From assembly GCA_032718475.1 (NCBI GenBank), contig JAUCBJ010006261.1, positions 6,094 through 70,093 of the forward strand: a DNA stretch of 64,000 bases, read 5' to 3'. The translations under genes were made by a program, and so were the position numbers. The DNA comes from Nemertoderma westbladi (taxonomy: Eukaryota > Animalia > Xenacoelomorpha). The notes beneath the pieces were generated by a model that was given only the letters and a program-made list of their open reading frames with translations, was not told the DNA's origin and did not search any database. Shown one piece after another: positions 12,731-24,908 of this stretch (the stretch's first letter is position 1; each line of letters starts with the position of its first letter).

Positions 12731-14254
12731 CCCGTGGTTTTTTTATTATAATTCTGATACAAACGCAGTTGGGAATCTGAAATTTTACGAATTTTCATAA
12801 AAATCTATTGTCTTCCTAGTAGTGAAAACCGTTTTCAAAAATATTGGGTAGTTTTCGAGTTATTGAACCATTTTTTAACCCTACTTTTGGCACTTTTTTT
12901 TGAGACGTTTTTTGAAAATTACATTTCATTAAATATGAATTGTAACATCTCCATTTTTGATTTACACCGGTTTTTTGGTGTTAGCAATTGGATGGAATTC
13001 ATATAAATTGATTTAGAAATTTCAAACTTGAATTTTTCGGCGGGTGCCAAATTTTGGTGCCAGCACCAAATTTTGAAATATGTCAATTTTGAAAATTGAT
13101 TGTTTGAAACTTGTTTTTTACGCAATTGGGGTTTTTTGGGGTTCTCGTTTCGATGAAATATATACGATTTCACCAAGCGTATCAAACTAGTATTTTTCGG
13201 TGCTGTGTGCAATTTTTGGTGCTAGCACGAAATTTTGAAAATCCATTCAATAGATAAAATTGCTTGTGACATTTTATTTCTTGCGTTTTCGAGGTTTATG
13301 GCTGTTCTGAATTCAATGGAATATATAATTATCGAACTAGACATCTCAAAGTTGTATTTTTCGGATGTGGGTGCAAAATGTGGTGCTAGCACCAAATTTT
13401 GAAAACCATCAAGTATATCAATTGATTGTGTCACCTTGTTTCTTGCGTTATACGGGTTTGTGAGGGTTTTGAATTCAATGGAATCAGTAAAAATTTCATA
13501 AGAGTTTTCAAACTTGTATTTTTCGCCGGTGGGTGAAAATTGTTGGGCCAGCACCAAATTTTGGAAAATAAGCAAATTGATCAGTAGATAGTATCATCTT
13601 GTTTCTTGCGTTATACGGGTTTATGAAGGTCCTGAATCCGATGGAATCAATAAAAACAGCACTGGACATCGCAAACTTGTACTTTTTTGTGATGGGTACG
13701 AAATTTGGTGCTAGCACCAAGATTTGCCAAATTACGCCGAAAAATACAAGTATCAATAATTTGGCATATTAGAAATGTATTCCATTAGAATCAGCGCCCT
13801 AGAAAACCTATAAATGTGAATTTATAGCATCGTATAAGTGAATTAAAAATTTTGTGTTCTAACTGAAAAGTGCTGGTTATTTGTTTTTTTCATTTTTTTC
13901 CTACGCAGAGAGGACTAAACAGCCATTTATAGTAATCATATCATTTTTTAATATTTTCCAATGTATTTTGCACCCCAGAAAACCTGTATTGAAAACTAAT
14001 TAGCCGAAAATGTAACTTTCAAATTTGGTGAAAATTGTGCACTACTTGTAATTTTGGTGCTGCAATATAACCACTCCAATACATTTTTTCGAAAATTTTT
14101 TTTTTCGGTCGGATCCAGACAAGTGATACCTACGTACAAACAAAAAATCAGACGTTTTCGTAAATATTTGTAGATTTTAGAGGGGGGGGGGGGGGGGTCA
14201 ATATGACACCCTCCCGGTATTTGCACAACATTTTATAGCCCGGTACTAATAGGG
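12731..14254. mobile_element. piggyBac-type non-autonomous element, copy 2 (left end missing, right end intact)
   Basis: Colinear with 9130-10580. Ends CCCGGTACTAATAGGG|TTAA, an imperfect inverted repeat of the left end at 9084. Confidence 0.75.
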
Positions 14255-14337
14255 TTAAAGGACACTGGCTTTGAAGATGCGGATGATCTAGCAAATGTCA
14301 TGTGTGATAGGGAGTTGTAGCGGCGCAATTTTGTCGA
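14255..14337 (+). mobile_element. Short 3' fragment of the RTE LINE family found at 45540-47199
   Basis: ttaaaggacactggc...gatgcggatgatctagcaaatgtcatg matches about 47057-47140. The piggyBac right end sits on this TTAA. Confidence 0.8.
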
Positions 14338-14349
14338 TATATTTTGTCG

Positions 14350-14630
14350 AATATTTTCCAATGTATTTTGCGCCCCAGAAAACCTGTATTGAAAAACAAT
14401 TAGCCGAAAAATGTAACTTTCAAATTTTGTGAAAATTGTGCACTACTTGTAATTTTGGTGCAGCAATATAACCACCCCGGTAGATTTTTTCGAAATTTTT
14501 TTTTCGGTCGTATCCAGACTACTGATACCTACGTACGTTTTCGTAAAAATTTGTAGATTTTAGAGGGGGGGGGGGGGGGGGGGGGGTGGTCAATATGACT
14601 CCCTCCCGGTATTTGTACAACATTTTATAG
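14350..14630. mobile_element. Third partial copy of the piggyBac-type element (right subterminal region)
   Basis: Matches about 13950-14238. Confidence 0.7.
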
Positions 14631-14648
14631 TCTACCCATTTACTACCC

Positions 14649-14833
14649 GGACAATTGCGACCTGGACAATACGACCCAGACAATTGCGACCTGGACAATA
14701 CGACCCAGACAATTGCGACCCAGTCAATTGCGACCCATCAATTTCTTCTAAAATCATGGGTCGCAATTGACCAGGTCGCAATTGTCCTGGTCGCAATTTT
14801 CCGGGTCGCAATTGTCCAGTTCGCAATTGTCCT
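14649..14833. mobile_element. Foldback/MULE-like MITE remnant with inverted arrays of a 15-bp unit
   Basis: ggacaattgcgacc repeats on the left face ggtcgcaattgtcc repeats on the right. Confidence 0.65.
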
Positions 14834-15559
14834 AACATCGCTGAGCGACCCTACCCTGCAAGGGGTAGACAAACTACCTGTTCCCGGGCACCAGCAGGAG
14901 GTCTGTAATAGTGGGCGGCTGTGGTGCGCAGTTGTGATTCGACCTCCGCTTCCCAGAGACTCTTGAATCATCATCATCAATGGAGCTCGAACGAGCTCGT
15001 GTATTATTCGCATAATGGGATACCACAATATTTAATTATAAAATCATTGCACCAGTGAACGTTTGTTTGTAATTTTTGTTTTGTTCTGATGTAATATGGT
15101 TTTAGGGGGTGCGTTATTCGTTTTATGTTCTGTTCAAAAAAAAAGGAGAGAAAGCAGTAGCATAGCTAGTTTTGCCTCTTACCTTCTTTTTCTCAGAGAA
15201 TCGTGATGTGGTACACCGGTTGGGTTATTATGGTGATGTCGGCCAGTGATCCTGAGTATATTCTGCGATGCCATATATCAGCGCAATTTTTCTAATAATA
15301 GTAACTGTATTGTAATGTGCCGAAATTTCAGTTTTAAATTTTATTTTAAGTTTATTTTTCTAATAATAGTAACTGTATTGTATTGTGCCGAAATTGCAAT
15401 TTTAATTTTATTTTAAATTTCGTTTACGGTGTAAATAAAAAAAAAAGAAAAAAAAAATGTTAGTTCATATATTATTTAGTCATGATGCAAATAGCGTTGA
15501 CGATGACGATGGAGTGATAGCATTACGAAGTTACGAAATTTAGGATAATTTTTATTTAT

Positions 15560-15900
15560 TTTATAATTTAATAGTGATACGCAACTATATTGGAATTAAA
15601 GTTCACTTAACATATGAAGTTTTAATTTTCTAGCTAGTGTGTTTTTTGATTTGCACATTTTAAATTCTGTTTTTAGTGAGTTCCATATGATTGCACCGCT
15701 GTATTTTAGAGAGTTTTGGGTTGATATTAGTCTGGTACGTGGAATAAAGTAGTTTTTGGATGTAGTGGATCGAGTTGTATAATTGTGGATATCTGAAGTT
15801 TGTGTAAATAGGGCCGTTATAAATTGCTTTTTTTTGTTATTGTAAATGTCCCACATAAGTTTTGTTACTTCTAGGTTATAGATTTTCGATAGGCAAGATA
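15560..15900 (-). mobile_element. 3' fragment of a CR1/L2-group LINE ORF2
   Basis: SDIHNYTTRS...SLKYSGAIIWNSL matches the typical H.YNTR...WN.L C-terminus. Confidence 0.7.
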
Positions 15901-16025
15901 TTAAGGCTCCATCAGTGGAGTGAGTCTACCTCCTATAAGTCAAGATTGACTAGTATCTGTGACGGGATCAGAGATCCCGACCGGGTAGGTTGTTCGTACG
16001 CGTCACCGCAGGCTGGGATGTTGTC

Positions 16026-16343
16026 AGTAATATATTACTAGCCCACTGCATCACGGTCACCCGTAGCCCATCATTACCATCCATTTCTAGTACTGCATCC
16101 AATCAGAAGCCACCATTTCAACCTTTACCAGTGGTCGTTATTATTTCAGCCAATCAGATGACAGCATTTCATCCGTAACCATGGTAACTTCTCAAGTTCC
16201 CGCTTATTCCGCTAGAGGCGTTATTAGTCACCCAACGCTAGTTCTGCATCCAATCACCAACCTTTATTTTACAAGTGTTCGGGTGTCTACACTTAGCATC
16301 AGGTAACTTCTACTATTTTTCAAATCGTAATTTTTCAGCAACC
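16026..16343 (+). repeat. Polinton left TIR
   Basis: Reverse complement of 34450-34769. Confidence 0.93.
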
Positions 16344-16961
16344 AGAATTTTCATATTCACCAACCATTGCATATTCATCTTCATGTAGCCTAACCTCACG
16401 ATGCAAGGCTAGCCCCCAACCCATCGCTACTCAATCCACGGCTGTTACCCACCCAACCACCCACCAACCAACCAATCAACAGCGATGCTTGCCTAACCCT
16501 ACGGTTATTCACATTTTCGCCACGTTACCACCACTACCACGTTACCACCACCACTGTATACTGTATATGGTGACAACGTGGCCATCTACTCGCATCACGC
16601 ATATATTATATTATATTGATTGCCAACTCCTCGACTGCTGTCGCCAAACCAACCACCCAGTATGATACATGAAATTCCACCATGTTCCCGCTACGTGTAT
16701 ACGTACATTAGTGATTATTATTATTATGCAATAATTTTTGATTATACAGTAGTTCCCTACCGACTAATCAACCAATCAATAAACCGAATTTAGGCTATTT
16801 CTCAGTTTAAGACCTGTATTATTTATGAAAATATCTTATATATAATCTCTTGCTTTAATCACAATTAATCATTTGTAATGGTTTTAGTTTAAAAGTTTTT
16901 ACTTTGTTTGTATTGTTTGATTTACAATAAAATAAATTAAATATTGTCTTCTAATTCCGAT

Positions 16962-17389
16962 ATGGTTATGCCAATAGTAAGGCATTCATTTTTTGCAGAA
17001 GATGGTGAAGCCTATATATTGTTATTGATTATACAATTTACCGTCGGGGAGATGATAAATATAAAATTGAGTTTTCTGAAAAAGCCAGGAAAGTTTTAAG
17101 CTCAATTGATATTGATGCTTCTGATAATAGTATTCATCTCTTAGATTACAATCTGAAAGTTGAGCATGAGGGAAAATTAATCAATATCTTACTATTATCC
17201 ATGATAGAGGGGTTAATTGTTATTACACAATACAACGAAGCTGGTGAAAAGTTTGAAATACGGCTAAATCGCCATAATCCCTACGAAATTATGTCTTTCT
17301 TTATTGTAATGATTTCAAAAGAATCCTTTGTCGAAACTGAAGAATCAACAGATAATGTTGAATATGTTGATAATATCATTGATTCTTGA
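16962..17389 (+). pseudogene. Frameshifted Polinton ORF of unknown function
   Basis: ATG at 16962; coding-like sequence continues through frameshifts into ORF 17201-17389. Confidence 0.35.
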
Positions 17390-17552
17390 CTTTTCCCTCT
17401 ATATTATAAATATTTTATGATTATTTATAAAATTTTAATGTTTTTAAATAATCGAAAATTGTAGTAGTAATTGTATATACAGTATAACAGATTTGTTTGT
17501 TGTTGTTGTGTATTGAGGTAATTATTTTCAATTTACTTTAAAATTTGGAAAA

Positions 17553-18005
17553 ATGGATATTTTAAATGAAAAATGTCCAGTTTGCTATTCTAAGTTATTG
17601 CAACAACATCGAGATTATTATAAATGTGAAAATAAACATGCAACTTGCGTACAATGTATTGTACAATATTCCGAAATGAATAATTATTGTTCTAAAATTT
17701 GTCCTATTTGTCGCGCACCCATATCTAAGTTTAATATAAAGTTGGCAAGTTATCAACCCTATTATTGGAAAGAGCTTCGAAATATAACTTATATTTCTGC
17801 GGAAAGTAATGATCCCGGAGATTTATTTACAATATTGGAGAATATTTTTTATAGAAATGTAGTACGACGGTGTTGCTACTATATTCCTTATTTTTTTAGC
17901 AGCGAACATAAAAAAATCATTAGTGCGAAATTCTCGGGAAGTGATTTCCAAACCGCCGACGTTACCTATCATTATTTCGCGTATAAAGATGCTCACCATG
18001 CTTGA
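17553..18005 (+). CDS. RING-finger protein (putative E3 ubiquitin ligase)
   Basis: CPVC-x15-CENKHATCVQC-x14-CPICR, a C3HC4-like pattern. Confidence 0.75.
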   Translation: MDILNEKCPVCYSKLLQQHRDYYKCENKHATCVQCIVQYSEMNNYCSKICPICRAPISKFNIKLASYQPYYWKELRNITYISAESNDPGDLFTILENIFYRNVVRRCCYYIPYFFSSEHKKIISAKFSGSDFQTADVTYHYFAYKDAHHA

Positions 18006-18221
18006 AATTACATCAGTCTATACTATAATTGGAAATAGCACCTTTTGTTGCAGCGAGCGTCACATACTGTAGTTGTGCCATATGTTAATTAAATATACAG
18101 TACTCTAATATTGTAGTTGCATCAATTATTGTTATATACATAGTAATGGTGATGGTTTATTGATATTGATATTTATATTATATTATATTGTATTGTTGAT
18201 ATATCTTAATAATAATAATAA

Positions 18222-18906
18222 ATGGCTGACTTTAATTCAGGTCCATATAATTTAAACTTTCAAATGGGAACGAGTATGATAATTTCTGGCCCATCTGGTT
18301 CTGGAAAATCAACGTTTGTGGGGAATTTAATTAAACACAAGAATGGTTGTTTCAACGAAACCCCCGTATGAGTATTGTATTATTACGGGAGCAATCCCCC
18401 GACTATTCCCGGTATTACTCACCTTTACAAAGGTTTGCCAGAAAATATAGATAGTTTAGTGAATAGTCGAGATTTATTAATTATAGATGATTTATTAACA
18501 GAAACTGAGTCCAGTACAGCTTTAACTGTATTGTTTACTAAGGTAGCTCATCATTCCAATATATTTATTTGTTTTATAACGCAAAACATGTTTTACGGTG
18601 GGAAGCATAACCGCACAAGATCAATTAATAGCCATACCTTAGTAGTATTAATGAAAAATCCGCGAGACAGTCTTATCGGTTTTAAATTTCGCGAAGCAGA
18701 TGTTACCAGGGCAGACCAAATTTTTAGTTAATTCCTATCAAGATGCGACAATTGAACCATTTTCGCATTTCTTAATTGATTTACGACAGGAAACACCCGA
18801 ACATTTAAGATTTAGATCGGATATATTTCGTAATCCTAATTGTTACATTAAAAATTACATTGACTATAAACGTAGCGAAAATAATAATAATAATAATGAT
18901 AAATAA
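18222..18906 (+). pseudogene. A32/FtsK-like packaging ATPase, frameshifted
   Basis: Walker A IISGPSGSGKS (from ATG 18222), Walker B LLIIDD, FITQN, MKNPRD and FLIDL...LRFRSDIF, spread over three frames. Confidence 0.88.
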
Positions 18907-18943
18907 TTAATATTTTGTAACAATTTTCAATAATGTTGCAACA

Positions 18944-19327
18944 ATGAATAGACTTGTGCAGAAATATCGTAACGAACTGGAATTTCTACGCAGCGCTACC
19001 CCTCAACAAAGAACTTATTTTATTAACCATACTGCGAGTAACGAATTAATACGGCTCATTGTAAATACTGCATTAAATGTTCTAAAAGGTAACGTACAAT
19101 TGACCCCTCATTCATTTAGAAATATTCGCCGCTATAAGAAGGTATTGAAATCACTCAACCGTAAAACAAAAAATATATCAAGTTACAGAAAAAAGTTAAG
19201 CAATCAATCTGGAGGCATACTACCGTTTCTAATACCCTTACTCGGCATTGGCGCGAAACTCGCCGCGAGTGCTGGTGCCGCCGCCGCTGGAGCAGCTATT
19301 GCGAAAAAAATTAACCGTGGACGGTAA
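18944..19327 (+). CDS. Basic Polinton virion core/cement-type precursor
   Basis: Basic N-terminus, a QSGG-ILPFLIPLL motif (adenain-type GG cleavage site plus hydrophobic stretch) and an Ala-rich tail. Confidence 0.6.
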   Translation: MNRLVQKYRNELEFLRSATPQQRTYFINHTASNELIRLIVNTALNVLKGNVQLTPHSFRNIRRYKKVLKSLNRKTKNISSYRKKLSNQSGGILPFLIPLLGIGAKLAASAGAAAAGAAIAKKINRGR

Positions 19328-19551
19328 TAATGGTTAAAACAGGAGTAACATTTAGAAAATTATATTTAGTATCGAGTAAACCGTTAGCTACTGATTTAAA
19401 TCCTCAAGATATACCTAGAGTAAATACTATAAAAAGAAAACCCTTCAAAACATCAACTTCAAAGAAAATAATTAAAAAATTTCAGTTGTTCTTACGGTGA
19501 TGCCCTTTATAAGAGATTTGAATATACATATTACTTGCGGTAGTCGAAAAG

Positions 19552-20641
19552 ATGCCACGCAAGATGAAACCGATTTTAAGCCGAAGCTTAGACAAAAAAC
19601 TGTTAAGAATTTATTTAGATCCTTCATCTCCTGCGGGATTTGCAAGTGTTGCAAAATTAGCAAAAGCTGCAAACATCAAACCAGCACAAGCCCAGAAATG
19701 GTTGAGCGGGCAAAAGACATACACCCTTCACACTCCACGTAGACATCATTATCCAACATCTAAAATATTTACGGGAGGCTTAAAAGATATATATATGATA
19801 GATCTGGTGGATATGCAGCAATATAAATCGCAAAATAATAATTATAACTATATATTAACATGTATTGATGCCTTTAGCAGGCTTTCTTTTGCCTATGGTA
19901 TGAAAACAAAAAAGGGTATTGAAATTATTAGTATATTGCAAAAAATATTCTAGAAAGGAAAACCAAACAGAATCGCGACTGATCAAGGTTCTGAGTTTCT
20001 AAATAAATCTGTAAGGAAATATTTAGATACGTTAGGTATACAGTATTACGTAATGTACTCTGTGAATAAGGCGGCTATTGTCGAGAGATTCAATAGAACA
20101 TTAAAAACAAAGATGTTCAAAAATTTTCACGCAACGGGAAAATAATGTTTGGATAAAAATTTTACCTAAGCTTATCTCGGCTTATAATAGGTCATATCAT
20201 AGGACAATACAAATGACTCCCATTGAAGTTAATAAATTTAATGAAACTGAATTAATGAATAGATTATATGGGAAATATAGACAGATTAATCACAAGAAAA
20301 TAAAATTTAAAGTTGGAGATACAGTACGATTATCTATCGCTCGTACTGCTTTTGCTAAAGGCTATCGAGAACAATGGACACGTGAATTATTTATTATTCA
20401 TCGTGTCAGGTTGGATAGAGTACCAGCGGTAATGTTCGATATTAAGGACAGCGCTGGAGCTATAATAAATGGCTCATTTCATTCATACGAACTCCAAAAG
20501 GTCCACCTGAATAGTAATATTTATCTTCCAATTGACAAAAATATTGGCAAACTTAAAGAACGTGTACGCAATGGGAAGAAAGAATATTTAGTCCGATTCA
20601 TCGGATCCAAGAAACAGTCGTGGGTACAGCATATTCAATAA
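19552..20641 (+). pseudogene. int: Retroviral-type (rve) integrase with a C-terminal chromodomain-like end, frameshifted
   Basis: YLDPSSPAGF, IDLVDM, CIDAFSR, TDQGSEF, AIVERFNRTLK, FKVGDTVR, FAKGY...WT and KEYLVRF...SWV. Frameshifts near 19950 and 20150. Confidence 0.92.
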
Positions 20642-20882
20642 GCTTAGGTTTATACTGTATATTAATTCATTTTGGTCACATATGTCCGTAATTAATCAAT
20701 ATTGACTAGAATGATATTACTATATCTATAGTTCATCCGCTTTAAATAAAGCCAGTAAAATATTGATCCCTCGCATATACTGTAGAAGATGCGACAATGA
20801 ACGTGGTCACAGATGTCTATAATTTAACATTATACTGTATGTGCAAAGGAGTCAAGTAGAGAGAGCTTAAATAATAATAATA

Positions 20883-21755
20883 ATGGCCACAGATACATAT
20901 ATCACTCTACTTTCAGATAGCTCATTAAACACTTATCCCAATAATAATCCTAGCGAGTTTACTGTTGATTTAGCCGAAGAATTATATATTGGTCCAAACG
21001 CTAAAATTGGGATTGCCGAGCTACAATACCAAGCAACATACAGTAATATTACGCTGCAAACTCAAATCTTGCTGTCAATCGGGGTAGATGCAAAAGATGC
21101 CAAATTATATAGTTTATTTCCTGGTATGCATAGCTCTATTCAAGTGATTATTGATGATATAAATAAACTGTTTAATTCTGAAGCGAAATATAGAGATTTC
21201 GAATTCATTTTTAATACAAATAATTCTAGAATTAAATTTAAATTTCCTAAAAAGTTGAAAAAAATACAATTAAGTCTACGTGGTGATTTAATACAAATTC
21301 TAGGCTTAAAACCGTTATTGGATCAGAATCATCCAGGTATTCCGAATTGGGATATATACAGTACCACTACAGTAGATGAATTAAGCAATATAGAACAGCC
21401 GATATTAATTTTAAATTATAGCGGACCAAAAATTTCGGAAATTGGCATTTTAGATTTTCCAGCTCCCACGAATATAACTCGTAATAAAGACACTATCTTC
21501 ATATATACAGATATTATTAAGAGCTCATTTGTTGGCGACGCTTTAGCTCCGCTCTTAAGAACCTGTCCATTAACACAATTAAATCGAAAATATATTAATC
21601 ATGAATACGAGAGCATTTGCTATTACCCATTGTTGAATAAAAAACTAAAAACAATATTAATTACTTTACGTGACGGGCAAGGCGAATTAATTAATTTTAG
21701 CGGAGGTCGCACTGTTATAACACTTAAGTTAATACGCGGTGGGGATGATGGATGA
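20883..21755 (+). CDS. Penton-like minor capsid protein 1
   Basis: YITLLSDSS..YP.N.PS.F, IFIYTDII...VGD...PLLR and I.ITLRD..G..INF..G...ITL, typical of Polinton minor capsid proteins. Confidence 0.8.
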   Translation: MATDTYITLLSDSSLNTYPNNNPSEFTVDLAEELYIGPNAKIGIAELQYQATYSNITLQTQILLSIGVDAKDAKLYSLFPGMHSSIQVIIDDINKLFNSEAKYRDFEFIFNTNNSRIKFKFPKKLKKIQLSLRGDLIQILGLKPLLDQNHPGIPNWDIYSTTTVDELSNIEQPILILNYSGPKISEIGILDFPAPTNITRNKDTIFIYTDIIKSSFVGDALAPLLRTCPLTQLNRKYINHEYESICYYPLLNKKLKTILITLRDGQGELINFSGGRTVITLKLIRGGDDG

Positions 21756-22593
21756 ATTCTACGTTAGACTACCGAGTAACTCCTGTCCAGTTGATTTTCC
21801 GTGTAATTCTGCTAGTAGTTATCAGATCAATTTCCATGGTGCCTTACCTATAAACCCAAACGAAAACTGGGTGGTAGGTATAAAAAGTATATTTTACTTA
21901 GCAACGTTGCCGTCAATGTATAACAATGTAGAGAATGTTATTTTATTAAAAAAAGGGAAAAAAAATTTTGAGGATACACTTCCATCCGGTTTGTTCTACA
22001 TTATCAATGACATTATAGATTATTTTAACACGGGGGCGTTGAAAGATAAATTACAAATAGTTGAAAATACTCAGCAAAATAGGTTGCAATTTATTTTAGG
22101 GAAAGCGGTGCAAGAGTTATTTATAGGTCAACAATTAGCCTATTATTTTGGAATTACTGAAAATAATCTCGGCGCGAATTTAAATCCAAATTTTAAAATT
22201 ATTTTGAAGACGAAAAATAATATAAAGGGTTATTTAATAAAGGTTATCGGAAATGGAGAAAAAGCTTACCAGATGGTATTTTTATGCCCTCAACCACCCA
22301 ATTCTATTCCAGAACCTAAGTCGAACATGTACGTGACTACTAATATAATTGAAAATCAATATAATAATGATTTTGGTTTAGCTTTACTTCGTCGTGTTGC
22401 GATACCTGATGACGTGAAATATGGTAGCGTAATAAATAAAGAATTTGTCAAGGATACAATTCATTATATCCCTGTAAAAAAATCATATAAGATAACATAC
22501 ATTCATATTGAAATAACAGACAAAGAAGGAAAAGATTTGAATTTTGAATACGGGACAACATCTATTACATTACACTTTAAACGAATAAATTAA
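21748..22593 (+). CDS. Penton-like minor capsid protein 2 (paralogue)
   Basis: FYVRLPSNS...FP.NSAS.Y, MYVTTNII...LLRRV and HYIPV...I.IEITD..G..L.FE.G.T.ITLHFK. Confidence 0.8.
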   Translation: MDEFYVRLPSNSCPVDFPCNSASSYQINFHGALPINPNENWVVGIKSIFYLATLPSMYNNVENVILLKKGKKNFEDTLPSGLFYIINDIIDYFNTGALKDKLQIVENTQQNRLQFILGKAVQELFIGQQLAYYFGITENNLGANLNPNFKIILKTKNNIKGYLIKVIGNGEKAYQMVFLCPQPPNSIPEPKSNMYVTTNIIENQYNNDFGLALLRRVAIPDDVKYGSVINKEFVKDTIHYIPVKKSYKITYIHIEITDKEGKDLNFEYGTTSITLHFKRIN

Positions 22594-22594
22594 A

Positions 22595-23159
22595 ATGGAT
22601 TCTGATTTATTTCAAAGATACAGTAAACCTCAATATGGTGGTGCAGACTCTAATCTTGCTGTTTTTAAAGGTGGTAGAAGTACGAGAGGCTCGACGCAAG
22701 TTCCTGTTTTTCGAGGTGGTTCATATATTGAACCTTACGGTCAACAAATTGGTGCATTTGGTCCAAACTTAAAACAACGTCGTTTTCAACGTTATCGTAG
22801 AGGTATGTCGCAAACAAATCAACACGGAGAAGGTATATTTACAGACGCTGTATCGACATTGAAAAAATTTGGTAAGCCATTAGCTAAAAAAGTGTTACAA
22901 AAAGCTTTACCATTTACCACAAAATTTATGAGACAACACGTAATACCAAAAGGTAAGCGGGTCTTACATCAGCAGGCTAATATGGTTATAATAAAGCATT
23001 AAATAAAATGAAACCATCAACCAGATCTGTTGTAGAAAAAGTTTATAGAGATTTAAAGCGACCTACTAGACCAATGTCTATGAACATACATCATCGTCGT
23101 AGTAAAAATAGAAAAATAAAAAAAGGCAAACTGAAACACTGCGAAAAAAGTATTTTTTA
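22595..23159 (+). pseudogene. Basic core-protein-like ORF (pVII/PW-like), probably frameshifted near 23000
   Basis: QYGG, VFRGG and QHGEG motifs, Arg/Lys-rich. A basic reading frame continues to the MCP start. Confidence 0.55.
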
Positions 23160-23162
23160 ATA

Positions 23163-24422
23163 ATGTCAATTATTAAGGAATTAGATTTATTTTCTACACA
23201 GCCAATACAGACTGAATTTAAAGCAAAGCATTATGAAACAATTTACCCAGTATCTAATCTCAGAAGTGAGTCTAGGGAAGTCACGTTCCTTGTACCGAGA
23301 TCCAATGAATTCTATACGAAACTGCAAGATGCGTTATTAATTACAAAATGTACTGTACGGTGGGATAGACGACTTGAAAACTCCCATATTTATATGTTGA
23401 ATTACCCTTCTGGGACTATGTGGAGTGATATTAAAATAGACCTTAATGAGAAGCAGGTTGAAAATAGCAATAACCATTATTTCTACAAGTCGTACTTATC
23501 CAATTTATTATTTACAACTTACGAGGATAAAAATGGGCTACTGGGTGCTGGTGGCTTTCATCAGCCTTTATCTGAACACGGAAATGAAATTGATCCCGGT
23601 GCGCATCCTATTGGCGATGCCTTTAGTAAACAAATGCAATTTGTAAGTGGATTGATGATTGATTTTGATACTGAAACTAAAATAATACAACCCGGGTATG
23701 ATTTAAGAATGCATTTTAGAAAAGTATCAAATTCGTTTATTTTTAAAATCACTCCAAACGCAAACGCCGTGACAAATCTTCGGCTAGAATTAGATGAAGT
23801 AAAGATCCTAATCCCTAGAATGGAGGTTAATCCGGTAATAGAAAGCAGTCACCTAAAAGGTTTAGAGAGTTACGATATTGAATATCAATTCCAAAAAAAG
23901 GAGGTTACAACATTTACTATTCCCGCTCAAACCACAAATTACACCCAAACAAACATATTTGATGGTAAAAAACCCAAATTAGTTATTATCGGCTTCATAA
24001 CAAATAACGCTTATTCGGGAGAATTAATTAGCAATCCCTTGAAATTTGAACATTTTAACCTTAGACGCGCGGAACTGATTGTAGACGGTCTTCCAGTAGG
24101 TAGTGTAATATACGAACCTAATTTTACAGATGGAACATATATTTTTGAGTATACTCAATTAATGAAGAACATTAATACATATATTAACGGTTATGGAGGT
24201 AATAATATAGACCATGAAACCTACTTAGGTAATTGCCCCCTCCTATCCTGGGACCTAACCGCCGACGGCTATGTTAGAGATCCGCAGCCGTCGATATATA
24301 CTAACGGACAATTAAAATTAAGATTTGCCGAACTGTTGGTTGAGACCATAAATGTAATCGTTTTTAATATTTATGATCAATCATTAAGTTTAAATAGCAG
24401 GAAAGAAATACATATCGATTAA
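23163..24422 (+). CDS. Major capsid protein (hexon-like double jelly roll)
   Basis: ELDLFSTQPIQT N-terminal motif, IYPVS, PKLVIIGF...AYSG...NPLKFEHF and WDLTAD. Lies immediately before the protease. Confidence 0.85.
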   Translation: MSIIKELDLFSTQPIQTEFKAKHYETIYPVSNLRSESREVTFLVPRSNEFYTKLQDALLITKCTVRWDRRLENSHIYMLNYPSGTMWSDIKIDLNEKQVENSNNHYFYKSYLSNLLFTTYEDKNGLLGAGGFHQPLSEHGNEIDPGAHPIGDAFSKQMQFVSGLMIDFDTETKIIQPGYDLRMHFRKVSNSFIFKITPNANAVTNLRLELDEVKILIPRMEVNPVIESSHLKGLESYDIEYQFQKKEVTTFTIPAQTTNYTQTNIFDGKKPKLVIIGFITNNAYSGELISNPLKFEHFNLRRAELIVDGLPVGSVIYEPNFTDGTYIFEYTQLMKNINTYINGYGGNNIDHETYLGNCPLLSWDLTADGYVRDPQPSIYTNGQLKLRFAELLVETINVIVFNIYDQSLSLNSRKEIHID

Positions 24423-24424
24423 GT

Positions 24425-24877
24425 ATGTTATCCACAGAGGACCTTGATATGTTTCCAGTGGGTGGTCACTATTTGGGAGAATTTCCAGCTAACAAATTAC
24501 CTAAATTAGATAATAATAAGCGGCGGGATTATGGGTTAATAGTAAATACCGATAAAGAGCATCTTCCTGGGATTCATTGGATCGCAATATATATACGAGA
24601 TAATGAAGCCGAAGTATTTGACTCGTTTGGACCAAAATATCCAAACAGATGTATCGAAAAATGGCTTGAGAAAAATTCCGCGAGGTGGCGTACTACTCGC
24701 AAACAATTTCAAGACCCTAGGAGGACCACATGCGGTCTATACTGTCTTTATTATTTGGTAAATCGTATTCACACAATCTATCCAATGAGAGCGTTTACAA
24801 ATAATGTGGAAATAAATGAAATAATATTATATAAATGGCTTGTTAATTATTATAAATTAAACCAACAAACATTGTAA
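24425..24877 (+). CDS. Adenain-like cysteine protease
   Basis: IVNTD....PGIHWIA, EVFDSFG and Q.....TTCGLYC supply the catalytic His, Asp, Gln and Cys. Confidence 0.92.
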   Translation: MLSTEDLDMFPVGGHYLGEFPANKLPKLDNNKRRDYGLIVNTDKEHLPGIHWIAIYIRDNEAEVFDSFGPKYPNRCIEKWLEKNSARWRTTRKQFQDPRRTTCGLYCLYYLVNRIHTIYPMRAFTNNVEINEIILYKWLVNYYKLNQQTL

Positions 24878-24908
24878 TTAATCATTTAACTTTTGTTTAT
24901 CAGATAAA

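Noticed and set aside
9089-14226. Short minus-strand ORFs in the piggyBac-type copies as transposase
   Set aside because: They are translations of ~180-bp internal repeats with no DDD motifs.
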